A stretch of 37,285 bases of DNA from Pseudomonadota bacterium (GCA_049323975.1 JBMOMY010000019.1:1-37285); one strand, 5' to 3'. Shown: positions 26,164 through 34,663, numbered from the stretch's first letter. A program made the numbers and translations. Notes: generated from the letters alone by a model not told the origin.

Positions 26164-27189
26164 TCAGCGTGTTGTGGAAATGCGCACCCCTGCGGCCAGC
26201 CTTTCCCGCAGCACTTCCTTACGGAAGCGGAACAGTGCGGCCGGGCGCCCGCGGGGCTGGATCTGGATTTCCCCGGTGCTTTCCACCACGCCGCTGCGTT
26301 CCACCAGGCGGCGGAAATTCTGTTTGTGCAGCCGCTCGCCCAGAATGGCCTCGATCGTGCGCTGCAGATGAAACAGGCTGAATGTTTCGGGCATTAGATC
26401 GAATACGATCGGACGGTATTTCAGCTTTGCCCGCAACCGTCCCATGGCGGTTGCAAGAATGCGGCGGTGATCCGACATCATGGGATTGCCCATGGAGGGG
26501 AGCATGCTTTGTTCCTGCCGCCTGCCCGTAATTTCACGCTGCGCCTCGGCGGCGAGACCCGCCTCATACAGCAGCTCATAACGCTCCAGGACGATTTCCT
26601 CATCCCAGACGGTCTCGTCCAGGGCAAAGCAGAGGCGCGCCCGGTCAAGGCGTTGCCTCTTTTCATTACGGGAGGTAGCCTTGTCAACCCATTGCCGGAG
26701 CAGAGGGGCAATGACTTTATCAATAAAATCGGGACGGGAGTTCCGCCAGTCCTCCCACGGAAAATAATCATACCAGGACCGCCAGGCGGTGTTCTGCGTG
26801 GCAGCCATCTGCGCTTCTTTGGTGAGCGCGAGATAGCCCACGGAAATCACCCGTGGCCCGCCTTCGCGTTCGCGGGGATGACGGCCTCTGTCGCCAAAGG
26901 TATAGAGCTGTTCGACATATCCCAGCGTCACGCCGATACTTTCGGAAACGGTTTCACGCAGGCCCCGGTCCAGGGTGCGGTGGTTGGCGGCGTCAAAGGG
27001 GCCAGAGGGCAGGGCCTCGCCCGCGACATCAAACCCGCGCGCAATGGACCGTGCTTCCGCCGCATCGAGCGCCAGGCCATGGCGCACCAGTACCAGCGGC
27101 CTGTCCTCCGTAACGGCGACGATCACCGCGCTCAGGTCAATGACCATGTCATTGGGACGTTCTTTGGAAGCGGGCTTTCGGGACTCCAC
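26164..27189 (-). CDS. nadQ: NadQ/NrtR-type Nudix-related transcriptional regulator of NAD biosynthesis
   Basis: The C-terminal winged-helix part …DHRRILATAMGRLRAKLKYRPIVFDLMPETFSLFHLQRTIEAILGERLHKQNFRRLVE… is typical of Nudix-related NAD regulators. The N-terminal half is Nudix-like and degenerate. Its position directly upstream of nadABC fits NadQ (COG4111). The start is proposed at GTG 27189 (AGGA 5 nt upstream). ATG 27147 and ATG 27243 are alternatives. Confidence 0.8.
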   Translation of the reverse strand: MESRKPASKERPNDMVIDLSAVIVAVTEDRPLVLVRHGLALDAAEARSIARGFDVAGEALPSGPFDAANHRTLDRGLRETVSESIGVTLGYVEQLYTFGDRGRHPREREGGPRVISVGYLALTKEAQMAATQNTAWRSWYDYFPWEDWRNSRPDFIDKVIAPLLRQWVDKATSRNEKRQRLDRARLCFALDETVWDEEIVLERYELLYEAGLAAEAQREITGRRQEQSMLPSMGNPMMSDHRRILATAMGRLRAKLKYRPIVFDLMPETFSLFHLQRTIEAILGERLHKQNFRRLVERSGVVESTGEIQIQPRGRPAALFRFRKEVLRERLAAGVRISTTR

Positions 27190-27199
27190 TGTAGTCCTG

Positions 27200-27706
27200 C
27201 TATAATTTGGCGGGCAGGGAAAAAAGCGCGCCCTCCATGTCAAACACCCCCGGCCCGATTTCCTCCACCGCCTCGATCATGCGGCCCTGGCGTGACATCA
27301 GCTTGTCCGCCAGCGCCACCAGAAGCCTGTTGGGTTGCGCATGCCGGGCGCGGGCGCGCAGCAGCCGGGCGGCCTGGAATTCATCCACCTCATTCAGATG
27401 ACAGAGCGCGATATAGGCTGCGGCGGTTGAGCGGCTGATCCCCGCCCAGCAGTGGATGAGCATAGGGGCGTTCCGGTCCCAGCTATCCAGAAAGGTCAGC
27501 AATTCCCTGATATGCGCTTCCGCCGGAACGGTCAGGCCCTCACGCGGGGTGGTGATATCGTTAATGGACAACCGAAGGTGGCGCTCGCTTTTCAACACTC
27601 GTGGCGTGTCAATCATGGAATGGGGATCCAGAAGCGAAACCAGATGCGACGGAGAATGCCTGTCGATTGCGGAATATAGCTGGCTTAGGGGGCAGATATA
27701 AAGCAT
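27200..27706 (-). CDS. Cys-based phosphatase, protein-tyrosine/dual-specificity phosphatase-like (COG5350-like)
   Basis: CX5R P-loop LIHCWAGISRSTAAAY. The start MLYICPLSQL (ATG 27704-27706) overlaps the upstream TGA (ATGA). 168 aa. Confidence 0.8.
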   Translation of the reverse strand: MLYICPLSQLYSAIDRHSPSHLVSLLDPHSMIDTPRVLKSERHLRLSINDITTPREGLTVPAEAHIRELLTFLDSWDRNAPMLIHCWAGISRSTAAAYIALCHLNEVDEFQAARLLRARARHAQPNRLLVALADKLMSRQGRMIEAVEEIGPGVFDMEGALFSLPAKL

Positions 27707-28329
27707 CAGGGGGCTCTTTGCGTAGCCAGCGCATTGAAGCGCCGCAGAAACGCGCGCTTTGCTTGGGCCGGGGATAACAGACGGATTTCCGGGCAACTGA
27801 GATTGCGGGGACGTTGAAAGATTTTTCCGGCCTCTTCCAGAGAAAAGCCCGCCAGGTGAACAGCTTCGAAATAGGCGCTGGCGCGGTCAGCGCGTTTGAT
27901 GTCCGCTGCGACGCCAGCGGGCAGGAGCGCGGGCAATCCGAAACGAAGACGGATGGCGCGGTCCAGCCTGAGCTCCATGCTTTTGTAATCCGTGCCGGCA
28001 GCGGCCTTGAACGGGCTGATCAGATCGCCAACCACATATTCCGCCGCATCGTGCAGTAACGCCGCCAGGCGCCAGCGGTTCCCGGCGCGGGGTTGCGCGC
28101 ATTCATAAAGCGATACAACCAGAAGCGAGTGCTGGGCCACACTGAAGGGCCAGACGCCGCGGGTCTGGCCATTCCATCGCGCGACTCTGGATAAACCATG
28201 TGCAATGTCTTCGATTTCCACATCCAGCGGGGACGGATCAAGTAGATCTAGTCGGCGCCCGCTCAGCATACGCTGCCAGGCCCTTGGAGTAGACAGATAA
28301 TTATCCTTTTTTTCGCCAGTTTTAACCAT
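27706..28329 (-). CDS. HD domain-containing phosphohydrolase (YfbR/COG1896-like)
   Basis: …VAQHSLLV… and …ALLHDAAEYVVGDLISPFK… form the HD metal-binding signature. 207 aa. Confidence 0.82.
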   Translation of the reverse strand: MVKTGEKKDNYLSTPRAWQRMLSGRRLDLLDPSPLDVEIEDIAHGLSRVARWNGQTRGVWPFSVAQHSLLVVSLYECAQPRAGNRWRLAALLHDAAEYVVGDLISPFKAAAGTDYKSMELRLDRAIRLRFGLPALLPAGVAADIKRADRASAYFEAVHLAGFSLEEAGKIFQRPRNLSCPEIRLLSPAQAKRAFLRRFNALATQRAP

Positions 28330-28469
28330 GATTTTGCCAACAACAAGCTAAATATATCTAAATTAAATTAATCATCTTTAATCTATACGTAATGTTTAAA
28401 AGATTGTGTCAAAATTTGGGCAAAAAATTATGATATTATTGGGTATTTCTACTTATTGAAAACCTCAGA

Positions 28470-29102
28470 ATGCTTCTTACCTCCTTTTACATGGGAGGTA
28501 ATATTTTGGATCAAAACAAAATCATTACTCAAGTTTTCACCTACTGGCGTTCCATGTGTATGGAAGACAGACTGCCTTCGCGCGCGGATATCATTCCGGC
28601 GGATATAAAAGAGTTATTACCGTTTCTGCTGCTCGCCGATGTGGGCAAATTAACGGCAACGGGCGCCGAGATCAATTTGCGTTTGACTGGCACTCATATT
28701 GACCGGGTGTTGGAAGTTGATCTGACGGGCTGTCCCATAGGCGGATTTGACAGGAACTGGCTGGATTTCGTGATCGGCCGCGATTTTCTCGAAGCTGCGG
28801 AGCAACGCAGCGCAATCATGAGCATTCATGAATTAAGGCTTACGGAAAAACCCTATCCGAAGGCAATCATGCGCCCTGGCGACAAGGCGCATTTGCGTTA
28901 TCAGCGCCTGATTCTGCCATTATCGACGGATGGACAAAGGGTGGATATGCTTTTGGGCGCCCTGGTGGCGGATATTCACGTGGATGCAACCTACCTGTGG
29001 CGCAACCAATATTCTTTCAAGGAGCTTTCGAAGCAGCGCCTGCCGGTTCCCTATTCCCTGTCATGCCCGCAGCTACAGGAGCGCGCTGTCAAAGCGGTAT
29101 AG
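28470..29102 (+). CDS. PAS_5 (DUF1457) family PAS domain protein
   Basis: …FTYWRSMCMEDRLPSRADIIPADIKELLPFLLLADV… matches the N-terminal signature I associate with the alphaproteobacterial PAS_5 family. The 5' end is AT-rich. An alternative ATG is at 28491. Confidence 0.68.
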   Translation: MLLTSFYMGGNILDQNKIITQVFTYWRSMCMEDRLPSRADIIPADIKELLPFLLLADVGKLTATGAEINLRLTGTHIDRVLEVDLTGCPIGGFDRNWLDFVIGRDFLEAAEQRSAIMSIHELRLTEKPYPKAIMRPGDKAHLRYQRLILPLSTDGQRVDMLLGALVADIHVDATYLWRNQYSFKELSKQRLPVPYSLSCPQLQERAVKAV

Positions 29103-29562
29103 GAGCGCCTGGCTCCTGCTTGGAGATGCGGATGGTGAGCGAGGTCTTTACGCTGGCCACATTGGGCGCCGGGGTCAGTTTGTTCGTCAGGAAATTCTGA
29201 AATTCGGTAAGGTCATGCGCCACGCATTTCAGGATAAAATCGATCTCTCCGTTCAGCATATGACATTCCCGCACGACAGGCCAGCCGGCGACCATCCGCT
29301 CAAAGGCGACCAGATCCGTCTCGGCCTGGCTTCGTAGGGAAACCATGACGAATACGGTCACCTCATAACCCAGCGCGCGGGGATCGATGTCCGCGTGATA
29401 GCCGCGAATGAAGCCTGCTTCTTCCAGTGCGCGGACCCGGCGCAGACAGGGCGGCGCCGAAATTCCTGCTCTGGACGCCAGTTGGATATTGGTTATTCTT
29501 CCATTGGCTTGCAGTTCGTGCAGGATCTTGCGGTCGATTTCGTCTAGCTTTACCCTTTGCAT
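29089..29562 (-). CDS. Lrp/AsnC family transcriptional regulator
   Basis: MQRVKLDEIDRKILHELQANGRITNIQLASRAGISAPPCLRRVRALEEAGFIRGY… followed by a RAM/AsnC_trans_reg domain. The start is taken at ATG 29560-29562 (157 aa). Confidence 0.9.
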   Translation of the reverse strand: MQRVKLDEIDRKILHELQANGRITNIQLASRAGISAPPCLRRVRALEEAGFIRGYHADIDPRALGYEVTVFVMVSLRSQAETDLVAFERMVAGWPVVRECHMLNGEIDFILKCVAHDLTEFQNFLTNKLTPAPNVASVKTSLTIRISKQEPGAPIPL

Positions 29563-29658
29563 GGCTGCTGAATTCCGGGACTTAGGATGTATGTATGGGG
29601 TATTATTATTATAATATCCGGCAATTAGATAACCCATATCGAACCCTGTCCAGAATCA

Positions 29659-30663
29659 ATGAATAGCGTCCAGACGCCATTATCGCCCCCCCAAACCGCC
29701 TGCTGGATTGTGACTGATGGCAATGCGGGTATGGAAAATCAATGTCTTGGACTTGCAGAGGCGCTGGGCGTGAGACCTATTGTGAAACGCATCAGACTGC
29801 GCGCGCCCTGGAACTGGCTGCCGCCAAGACTGGGGGCGTTGGGGAATCCGCTGCGGCGCCTGGATCCTGCTGGCGACGCCCTTGACCCTCCCTGGCCGGA
29901 ACTGCTGATCGCCACCGGACGCAAGACAGTCGCGGTAACGGCCGCCATCCGGCGCATCAGCAACAAGACCGTCGCTGTGCAAATTCAAAATCCGCATTTT
30001 CCCTCAAGCGCGTTCGATCTGATCGTTGCGCCCCGGCATGACGGGTTGAATGGCGGCAATATCATCTGCACAGCGGGCGCGTTGCATCGCGTGACGCGGG
30101 TGCGTCTGGATAAAGCTGCGGAAGAATTTCGCGCGGGTCTGGCGCACTTGCCGCGGCCGCTTTTTGCGGTGCTGATCGGGGGGCCCAACAAGGTCTACCG
30201 CATGAATCCTTCAGTGATAGAGAGGTTGTGCGCCGGGTTGCGCCATCTGACATCGGTTGCGCGATGCAGTTTTGCCGTGACGCCTTCGCGCCGCACCGGG
30301 GAGGCGAATATCACAGCGCTGCGTCAAGGTCTGAAAGAAGTTCCGCATATCCTCTGGGAAGGACAAGGCGCCAACCCCTATTTCGGTTTTCTTGGGCTTG
30401 CGGATGCAGTGGTTGTCACTGCCGATTCCGTGAACATGATCAGTGAGGCCGCCGCCACGGGCAAGCCGGTCTTTGTGTTTGATCTGCCTGGAGGATCGGC
30501 AAAATTCAGGGCCTTTCATGCCGGGATGCGGGAAAGCGGCGCGGTACGCCCTTTCGTTCCGGATGAAATTTTGCCGCTCGAATCATGGACGCCGCCGGAA
30601 ATTGATGATACGGCCATGGTGGTCAGAGCCGTGCGGCGTTTACTCATTATTCGAAACCATTAG
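29659..30663 (+). CDS. ELM1/DUF1022 family protein (predicted GT-B-like fold; function unknown in bacteria)
   Basis: 334 aa. …WIVTDGNAGMENQCLGLAEALG… and …VTADSVNMISEAAATGKPV… match my recollection of the ELM1/DUF1022 (COG3660) family. Confidence 0.78.
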   Translation: MNSVQTPLSPPQTACWIVTDGNAGMENQCLGLAEALGVRPIVKRIRLRAPWNWLPPRLGALGNPLRRLDPAGDALDPPWPELLIATGRKTVAVTAAIRRISNKTVAVQIQNPHFPSSAFDLIVAPRHDGLNGGNIICTAGALHRVTRVRLDKAAEEFRAGLAHLPRPLFAVLIGGPNKVYRMNPSVIERLCAGLRHLTSVARCSFAVTPSRRTGEANITALRQGLKEVPHILWEGQGANPYFGFLGLADAVVVTADSVNMISEAAATGKPVFVFDLPGGSAKFRAFHAGMRESGAVRPFVPDEILPLESWTPPEIDDTAMVVRAVRRLLIIRNH

Positions 30664-30678
30664 GGATGCTGCGGACGC

Positions 30679-31305
30679 ATGCTTGATTTTGAGGCATTGA
30701 AGGCGGCCCCTCTGCGGCAGGATCCCTTTCCTTACCTGTGTGTGACGGGCTTTCTGGGCGCGCTGTCGCTTGGCGAAGTCAACAGGGATTTTCCCGAAGT
30801 GCCGGGGCCGGGTTCCTACCCGCCTGACCGCCTTGATGTGCATGGCGGTTTCGCCAGATTGCTGGCGGAGTTGAATGGAGCGGAATTTCAATCGGTAATG
30901 TCCCAGAAATTCGGCCTCGATCTTTCAGCCTTTCCCACTATGTTTACAGTGCGCGGATATTGCCGTGCGGCTGACGGGCAGATCCATTGCGATAGCGAAA
31001 GCAAGATTATCACTGTCCTGCTGTATCTGAATCCCGCCTGGGAAAAGGAAGGCGGGCGGCTGCGCCTGCTGCGCGGGCCGAATGACCTTAATGACATGGT
31101 CTGTGAAGTGCCGCCCAATGGCGGAACCCTGTTGGCCTTCCGCCGCTCTGATCATAGCTGGCACGGGCACGAACCCTATGAGGGACAGCGCCGCGCCATT
31201 CAGATGAACTGGGTCCAGAACCGTGGCGTCGTCTGGCGTGAGCAATGGCGCCACCGCCTGTCGGCGGGAGTCAAGCGGCTCATCCCTTCCAGCCAGGAGG
31301 AATGA
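30679..31305 (+). CDS. 2OG-Fe(II) oxygenase superfamily protein
   Basis: 208 aa. HxD (IHCDSE) and distal His (HSWHGH) with the RxxxQ-like 2OG-binding end (RRAIQMNW). It lies 15 nt after the ELM1-like gene. Confidence 0.8.
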   Translation: MLDFEALKAAPLRQDPFPYLCVTGFLGALSLGEVNRDFPEVPGPGSYPPDRLDVHGGFARLLAELNGAEFQSVMSQKFGLDLSAFPTMFTVRGYCRAADGQIHCDSESKIITVLLYLNPAWEKEGGRLRLLRGPNDLNDMVCEVPPNGGTLLAFRRSDHSWHGHEPYEGQRRAIQMNWVQNRGVVWREQWRHRLSAGVKRLIPSSQEE

Positions 31306-33278
31306 TGGCGTTAAGTCTCGAAACCTTTTCCAATGCCGATATGAAAGGCGGATGGCGGCCTGGCAATAATGCCGGCGGCCATTCGCTGTTCAAGGCGCTG
31401 GGGCATCCCATGGCCGCGCAACGCGGTCAGGCGCTGTATGACGCCTGCCGGCTTAACGGACCGTTGGCGCTCTATGATCCGCGGGGAACGGCTGTCGCCT
31501 TTGATGCGCTTTTCGGGATTTCCCGCTGTGACATCCGGGAAATTTTCGTCCAAAGGGTGGAGGACCAGGGACGCGAGATATTGGGCCGCCCCGCGAAACT
31601 TCTGACGGAATTGCCGCGCTCGGCCGCAAGAACGTTGCTGGTGCTGGCCTTTGACGCGGAGCGCCTGATCGCGCAATTCAGCCCGCTGCTGCCGGAAGGA
31701 ATGATTGTTCGGTCGCTGGATGACATGCGTATTGATGAGAATATGCTGGCCAATCGCGCCGATTACACGGATCCCATGAATTTCGCCACCAATTTTGCGC
31801 TGTTTCGCGACGCAGCCGGAAAGGATGGCGCAGAGGGGCTGCACACTGTGCTGACCACGGCCAATTACTGGGCGCTGAATGGGGCGGAAGAGCCCGCTCT
31901 GTGGCTGTGTCTGTTCAGCGCTGCAGGAGACGTGTTGGCGGAATGGCGCGAAGCTCTGCCCCAGCCGGGCGCATTGCTGCGCATCGACAGCCGCGAAGTG
32001 CGTGCGCGCTTCGGTCTGGGCGATTTTTGCGGATCCCTTTTCATTCATGCGCTGCGGCCGGCAAAGCACGACATCGTGAAATATGCGCTGGATGTTTATG
32101 GGGCGGATGGCCGCGCATTTTCCTGCACCCATGACGCCAATGCCTGGCCGGCGGATTTTTATGCGGGCATGCCCGCGCCGGAACAGGGCGAGCGGGTCAT
32201 TCTCCACATTCAGAACAGCCACCCCACGCCTATTCCTGCGGGGGCGGTTGGATTTGGCGTCATAGGCGGGCAGGACGTATCCCGACTCGATAAGGAAATT
32301 CCGCCATTTGGGGTTCACTCATTGGATATTGCGGAAGTCCTGCCCCAGGCGCGCTGGCCCGAGCAGATCGAGATTCACGCAGGGCGTTATTTCGTGCGTC
32401 CACGCTATGAAGTTCTGCGCCCTGATGGCCGCCGCCGCATCGCCCATGCAAATGTGGAGCGCACGGATCTGCGCGCCGACGCCAATATCCCGTCGCTTTC
32501 CCTCAGCATGGGAAAGGGATATGTCATGCCGCTGCCGGTGCCGCCGCTGAAGGAGTTCGCCTCGCTGCTGCTGCCGACCCCTATGGCGCGTGACCAGCGC
32601 GAATTACCGCTTCGCATCGAGCTTTATGACGCGGATGGTGAAAAGGCGGCCGGGCGCTATCTTGGCCGTATTCAGCGCAGGGACAGCATGGCGCTCGAGA
32701 TAGATGGCTGGCTGCGCGACGCCGGAGCGGTTCTTAAATCGGGTTTCGGGCACGCGGAATTCATGTATGATTTCCAGGATGGAGGTGAGGCGGACGGCTG
32801 GCTCCATGCGCTCGGGAAATATACCCTTCGCGCCAGCGGGCATATGGCGGAAACCATTTTCGGCGCGCATATCTACAATACGCCGGTGATTTACAAGGAC
32901 GAGCCGCAATCCTATACCGGCGCGCCGCCCGGACTTACCACACGGCTCTTCCTGCGGCTGGGGCAAAATCTGGGCAGGGGAGCCGATGCGCTGTGCCACC
33001 TGATCTATCCCGCCTCCTTACCCTGGCGTGAGAAATCCAGTACACGGATCATTCTGCACGACGGCGGCGGAGTCCCCGTTGCGGAGAAGCAGGTTAGCAT
33101 AGCCTGCGGCGGAAGCCTGTTCTGGCGTTACGCGAAAATGTTCGACGCCGGCGAAAGGAACGCGGCTGGCAAGGACGCCTATATCATTGTTCGGGACGCG
33201 ACCTGCCGGCTTTTCGGGTTTCACGGGCTGATTCTGGATGGTGAATGCTTTAGCCTGGATCACATGTTCGGATTTTAG
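31302..33278 (+). CDS. Hypothetical protein, 658 aa, no family recognised
   Basis: Long ORF with coding-like composition. The ATG at 31302 (ATGATG) overlaps the oxygenase TGA and follows AGGAGG (31295-31300). No signal peptide or TM segment is evident. Confidence 0.75.
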   Translation: MMALSLETFSNADMKGGWRPGNNAGGHSLFKALGHPMAAQRGQALYDACRLNGPLALYDPRGTAVAFDALFGISRCDIREIFVQRVEDQGREILGRPAKLLTELPRSAARTLLVLAFDAERLIAQFSPLLPEGMIVRSLDDMRIDENMLANRADYTDPMNFATNFALFRDAAGKDGAEGLHTVLTTANYWALNGAEEPALWLCLFSAAGDVLAEWREALPQPGALLRIDSREVRARFGLGDFCGSLFIHALRPAKHDIVKYALDVYGADGRAFSCTHDANAWPADFYAGMPAPEQGERVILHIQNSHPTPIPAGAVGFGVIGGQDVSRLDKEIPPFGVHSLDIAEVLPQARWPEQIEIHAGRYFVRPRYEVLRPDGRRRIAHANVERTDLRADANIPSLSLSMGKGYVMPLPVPPLKEFASLLLPTPMARDQRELPLRIELYDADGEKAAGRYLGRIQRRDSMALEIDGWLRDAGAVLKSGFGHAEFMYDFQDGGEADGWLHALGKYTLRASGHMAETIFGAHIYNTPVIYKDEPQSYTGAPPGLTTRLFLRLGQNLGRGADALCHLIYPASLPWREKSSTRIILHDGGGVPVAEKQVSIACGGSLFWRYAKMFDAGERNAAGKDAYIIVRDATCRLFGFHGLILDGECFSLDHMFGF

Positions 33279-33329
33279 GGTTAGACTGGCGGCTTGCCTG
33301 GGAATTGATATCGAAAACAGGATGGGAGC

Positions 33330-33965
33330 GTGGCTGAAAAACTGAAACGCATACGCCGGACCCCGGAAGAGGCCCGGCGGGTGATACTGGATGCGGCTGA
33401 ACGCCGTCTGTCAGAACTTGGACCGGAAGGCATCCGACTGCAGGAAATCGCCGCGGATGTGGGTATTTCCCATCCAACTATCCTGCATCATTTCGACAGC
33501 CGCGAAGGGCTGGTGCTGGCGCTTACCCAGCGCGCGACAGATCAGCTGCGGGCGGATCTTCTTGCGGCTTTCACCACGCCTCAGACCAGTGATGCGGATA
33601 TTCACCGTATTCTGGACCGGGTGTTTGACGTGCTGAGCCGGCGGGGCCATGCAAGACTCCTTGGCTGGATGATCCTCAGCGGCATTGCCGGCAGGCAGAC
33701 AAGCCCCGGTCTGCTCAAGGAACTGACCGATCTGATTCATGGCCTGCGCAGCGAGGAGTGCCGGGCGCGCAACCTGCCTGTTCCAGAGCGCGAGGATACC
33801 CTGTTCATGGTGATGCTGGGGGCGATTACGGCGTTTGGCGATGGCCTGTTTGGCCCTCTGGTGCGCCGGGCTATCGGGGCCGGGGATGACAAGACCCTGC
33901 CAGACCGGTTCCGCGCCTGGTTCGCCAGATTATTACGAAGCCAGATATTCCCGCCGCCGGAATAA
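33330..33965 (+). CDS. TetR/AcrR family transcriptional regulator
   Basis: N-terminal HTH …EEARRVILDAAERRLSELGPEGIRLQEIAADVGISHPTILHHFDSREGL…. GTG start. Confidence 0.88.
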   Translation: MAEKLKRIRRTPEEARRVILDAAERRLSELGPEGIRLQEIAADVGISHPTILHHFDSREGLVLALTQRATDQLRADLLAAFTTPQTSDADIHRILDRVFDVLSRRGHARLLGWMILSGIAGRQTSPGLLKELTDLIHGLRSEECRARNLPVPEREDTLFMVMLGAITAFGDGLFGPLVRRAIGAGDDKTLPDRFRAWFARLLRSQIFPPPE

Positions 33966-34028
33966 CCGCTGGGGCTGCTTTGTCGGAGAGCTGATATTTT
34001 CTGACTGGATGTTTTTAAACAGAAAGAC

Positions 34029-34430
34029 CTACGGGCGGAAAGGATTTGTGATGCGCAGCCGCCCCCCGAGCAGAGCGCCATCCTGCATATCTTCCGTCCA
34101 CAGAATATCGCACGAGGCCTGCAAAGCCGCAGCCGCGATCATGGCGTCACAGATGGAAAGAGTGTGCCTCTCGGCCAGGGCAAGCCCGCCTTCATGGGTT
34201 TTAATTGTCAGCGGCTCCACCCGCAGCAGCCCGCGCACCAGGGACAGAAACCCGTGCGTTTCGTCCCAGGACAATTGCATCTTGCGCCGCGCCACATTGG
34301 CGATTTCGTTGAGAACCTGCACGCTGATCACGCCGCCGGAGGCGATCAGACTTTCCACCCGTTCGGCCTTTTCCGCATCGGACCCGGCAAGATACAAAAG
34401 AATGTTGGTGTCAAAAAAACTATCGGGCAT
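34029..34430 (-). CDS. vapC: PIN-domain toxin VapC (type II TA)
   Basis: 133 aa. MPDSFFDTNILLY… (first acidic residue), …VQVLNEI…, …SICDAMIAAAA…, …LWTEDMQ… give the PIN acidic quartet pattern. Confidence 0.88.
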   Translation of the reverse strand: MPDSFFDTNILLYLAGSDAEKAERVESLIASGGVISVQVLNEIANVARRKMQLSWDETHGFLSLVRGLLRVEPLTIKTHEGGLALAERHTLSICDAMIAAAALQASCDILWTEDMQDGALLGGRLRITNPFRP

Positions 34431-34450
34431 TCTGAATTATCTGTAGTCCC

Positions 34451-34663
34451 CTACCGGGCATTCGCCTCTTCCCGGTCGAACCGGAAATCGGCGGGAAGGC
34501 GGCCACGATAGGCGCGCAGGCGGCTCAGAAGTTCCTGCGGGCCGGGTTTGCGCGACACCCCAAACGTGCGGGCGTCTGCAACGTGAATTTCAATATCATC
34601 GCCCTCTTTCAGGCCCAGCGCCTTGACCACCTCCGCGGGCAGCCGTACCGCCAGACTATTGCT
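34451..34663 (-). pseudogene. vapB: MazE/AbrB(SpoVT)-type VapB antitoxin remnant lacking its first ~9 codons and any upstream start codon
   Basis: My own translation of the - strand gives SNSLAVRLPAEVVKALGLKEGDDIEIHVADARTFGVSRKPGPQELLSRLRAYRGRLPADFRFDREEANAR, ending at TAG 34451-34453, 20 nt upstream of vapC. In this frame an upstream TAA lies at 34712-34714, and no ATG/GTG/TTG occurs until GTG 34630. Confidence 0.65.
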
